Positions 63,377 to 64,000 of a DNA stretch of 64,000 nt are shown here, in pieces; within the stretch, counting starts at the first letter, position 1, and the number at the start of each line of letters is the position of its first letter. This stretch comes from Nitrososphaerales archaeon. Lineage in GTDB: Archaea > Thermoproteota > Nitrososphaeria > Nitrososphaerales > UBA213. The stretch is taken from the NCBI GenBank assembly GCA_965197925.1, contig CBDAOC010000018.1:290407-354406 (forward strand), written 5' to 3'. The position numbers and the translations under genes are program-made. The notes under the pieces were generated by a model, which was not told where the DNA came from, made no database searches, and was given only the letters and a program-made list of their open reading frames with translations.

Positions 63377-64000
63377 ATGTCTAGGCTCGTAGGCATAGAC
63401 GATATAGCCATATACGTACCAAAGTTATACATAGATTCTAAGGACTTTGCCGAGGCAAGGGGAATAAATCCTGCAAAGCTTGAGTTTGGTATAGGTGTGA
63501 AGATGATGGCAATGGTTGATACTAATCAGGATCCAGCCACGATGGCCTCAAATGCATGCCTAAAACTGATGGAGAGGAATAACCTTCAACCGGAAGATGT
63601 TGGTAGGCTGTATGTAGCAACGGAATCAGGGCTTGACGAATCAAAGGCCATGAACTCCTATGTTGTTGGCATGCTTGAACAGATTTATGGGAATGACAGC
63701 TTTGAGCATTGTGGTGGCATAGAGTGTAAGTTTGCGTGCGTTAGCGGATCATATGCTCTATACGATAATTCTAATTGGATAAGGGCGGATGAGAATGAAG
63801 GAAGAGCTGCTATAATTGTTGTTAGTGATGTAGCAAAGTATGATATTGGTTCCACAGGTGAATACACTCAAGGAGCTGGTGCTGTCGCGATGCTAGTTAA
63901 AGAAGATCCTCGAATTCTTGTGTTTGATCAAAAGGTTACCTCTACTGTGATAAAGAATGAGCATGATTTCTTCAGACCTTTTGGACGACAAACCCCACTG
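63377..64000 (+). CDS. mvaS: hydroxymethylglutaryl-CoA synthase, bacterial type (runs off window end)
   Basis: Manual translation MSRLVGIDDIAIYVPKLY...VATESGLDESKA...ECKFACVSG...SDVAKYD..S.GEYTQGAGAVAML...DFFRP; absent from ORF track because it has no stop. Confidence 0.93.
   Translation, partial: MSRLVGIDDIAIYVPKLYIDSKDFAEARGINPAKLEFGIGVKMMAMVDTNQDPATMASNACLKLMERNNLQPEDVGRLYVATESGLDESKAMNSYVVGMLEQIYGNDSFEHCGGIECKFACVSGSYALYDNSNWIRADENEGRAAIIVVSDVAKYDIGSTGEYTQGAGAVAMLVKEDPRILVFDQKVTSTVIKNEHDFFRPFGRQTPL

Noticed and set aside
1..64000. CRISPR array or rRNA
   Set aside because: No regularly spaced short repeats or rRNA-like sequence seen; all long repeats are IS copies
63377..64000. Bacterial-type HMG-CoA synthase in an archaeon
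   Set aside because: Already known for this lineage and for haloarchaea; it does argue that ORF 18555-19667 is not the HMG-CoA synthase

Overview
Archaeal chromosome segment. Gene content and order (archaeal RNAP subunits, EF-1alpha, FBP aldolase/phosphatase, IPK/IDI-2/GGPPS, bacterial-type HMG-CoA synthase, leaderless TATA promoters) point to Nitrososphaerota (Thaumarchaeota); this is inferred, and no amo genes are in the window. The backbone is housekeeping: the rpoN-eno-rps2-MEMO-mvk-ipk-fni-GGPPS-gltX string, tRNA-Leu(GAG), ppdK, tpiA, fbp, rpoP-rps10-tuf, scpAB, purP, AlaX-aspS-gatCAB, pgi/pmi, gap and a partial HMG-CoA synthase. The standout is a ~9.6 kb block between ppdK and tpiA. It holds a complete glycine cleavage system with its lipoylation genes (lipA, split lplB/lplA, lpdA). 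Abutting it is a two-gene operon encoding a luciferase-like, probably F420-dependent reductase and a highly divergent type III PKS/KAS III-fold enzyme with an intact Cys-His-Asn triad. This is a candidate archaeal ACP-independent acyl-chain or polyketide module, possibly supplying octanoyl for lipoate. The window also carries eight copies or fragments of four IS types, all apparently defective, including a nested IS-in-IS deletion junction and an insertion into the gatB stop codon. Several decayed pseudogenes and two small genes missed by the ORF track (one a C2H2 zinc finger) are also present. No CRISPR array or rRNA was seen.
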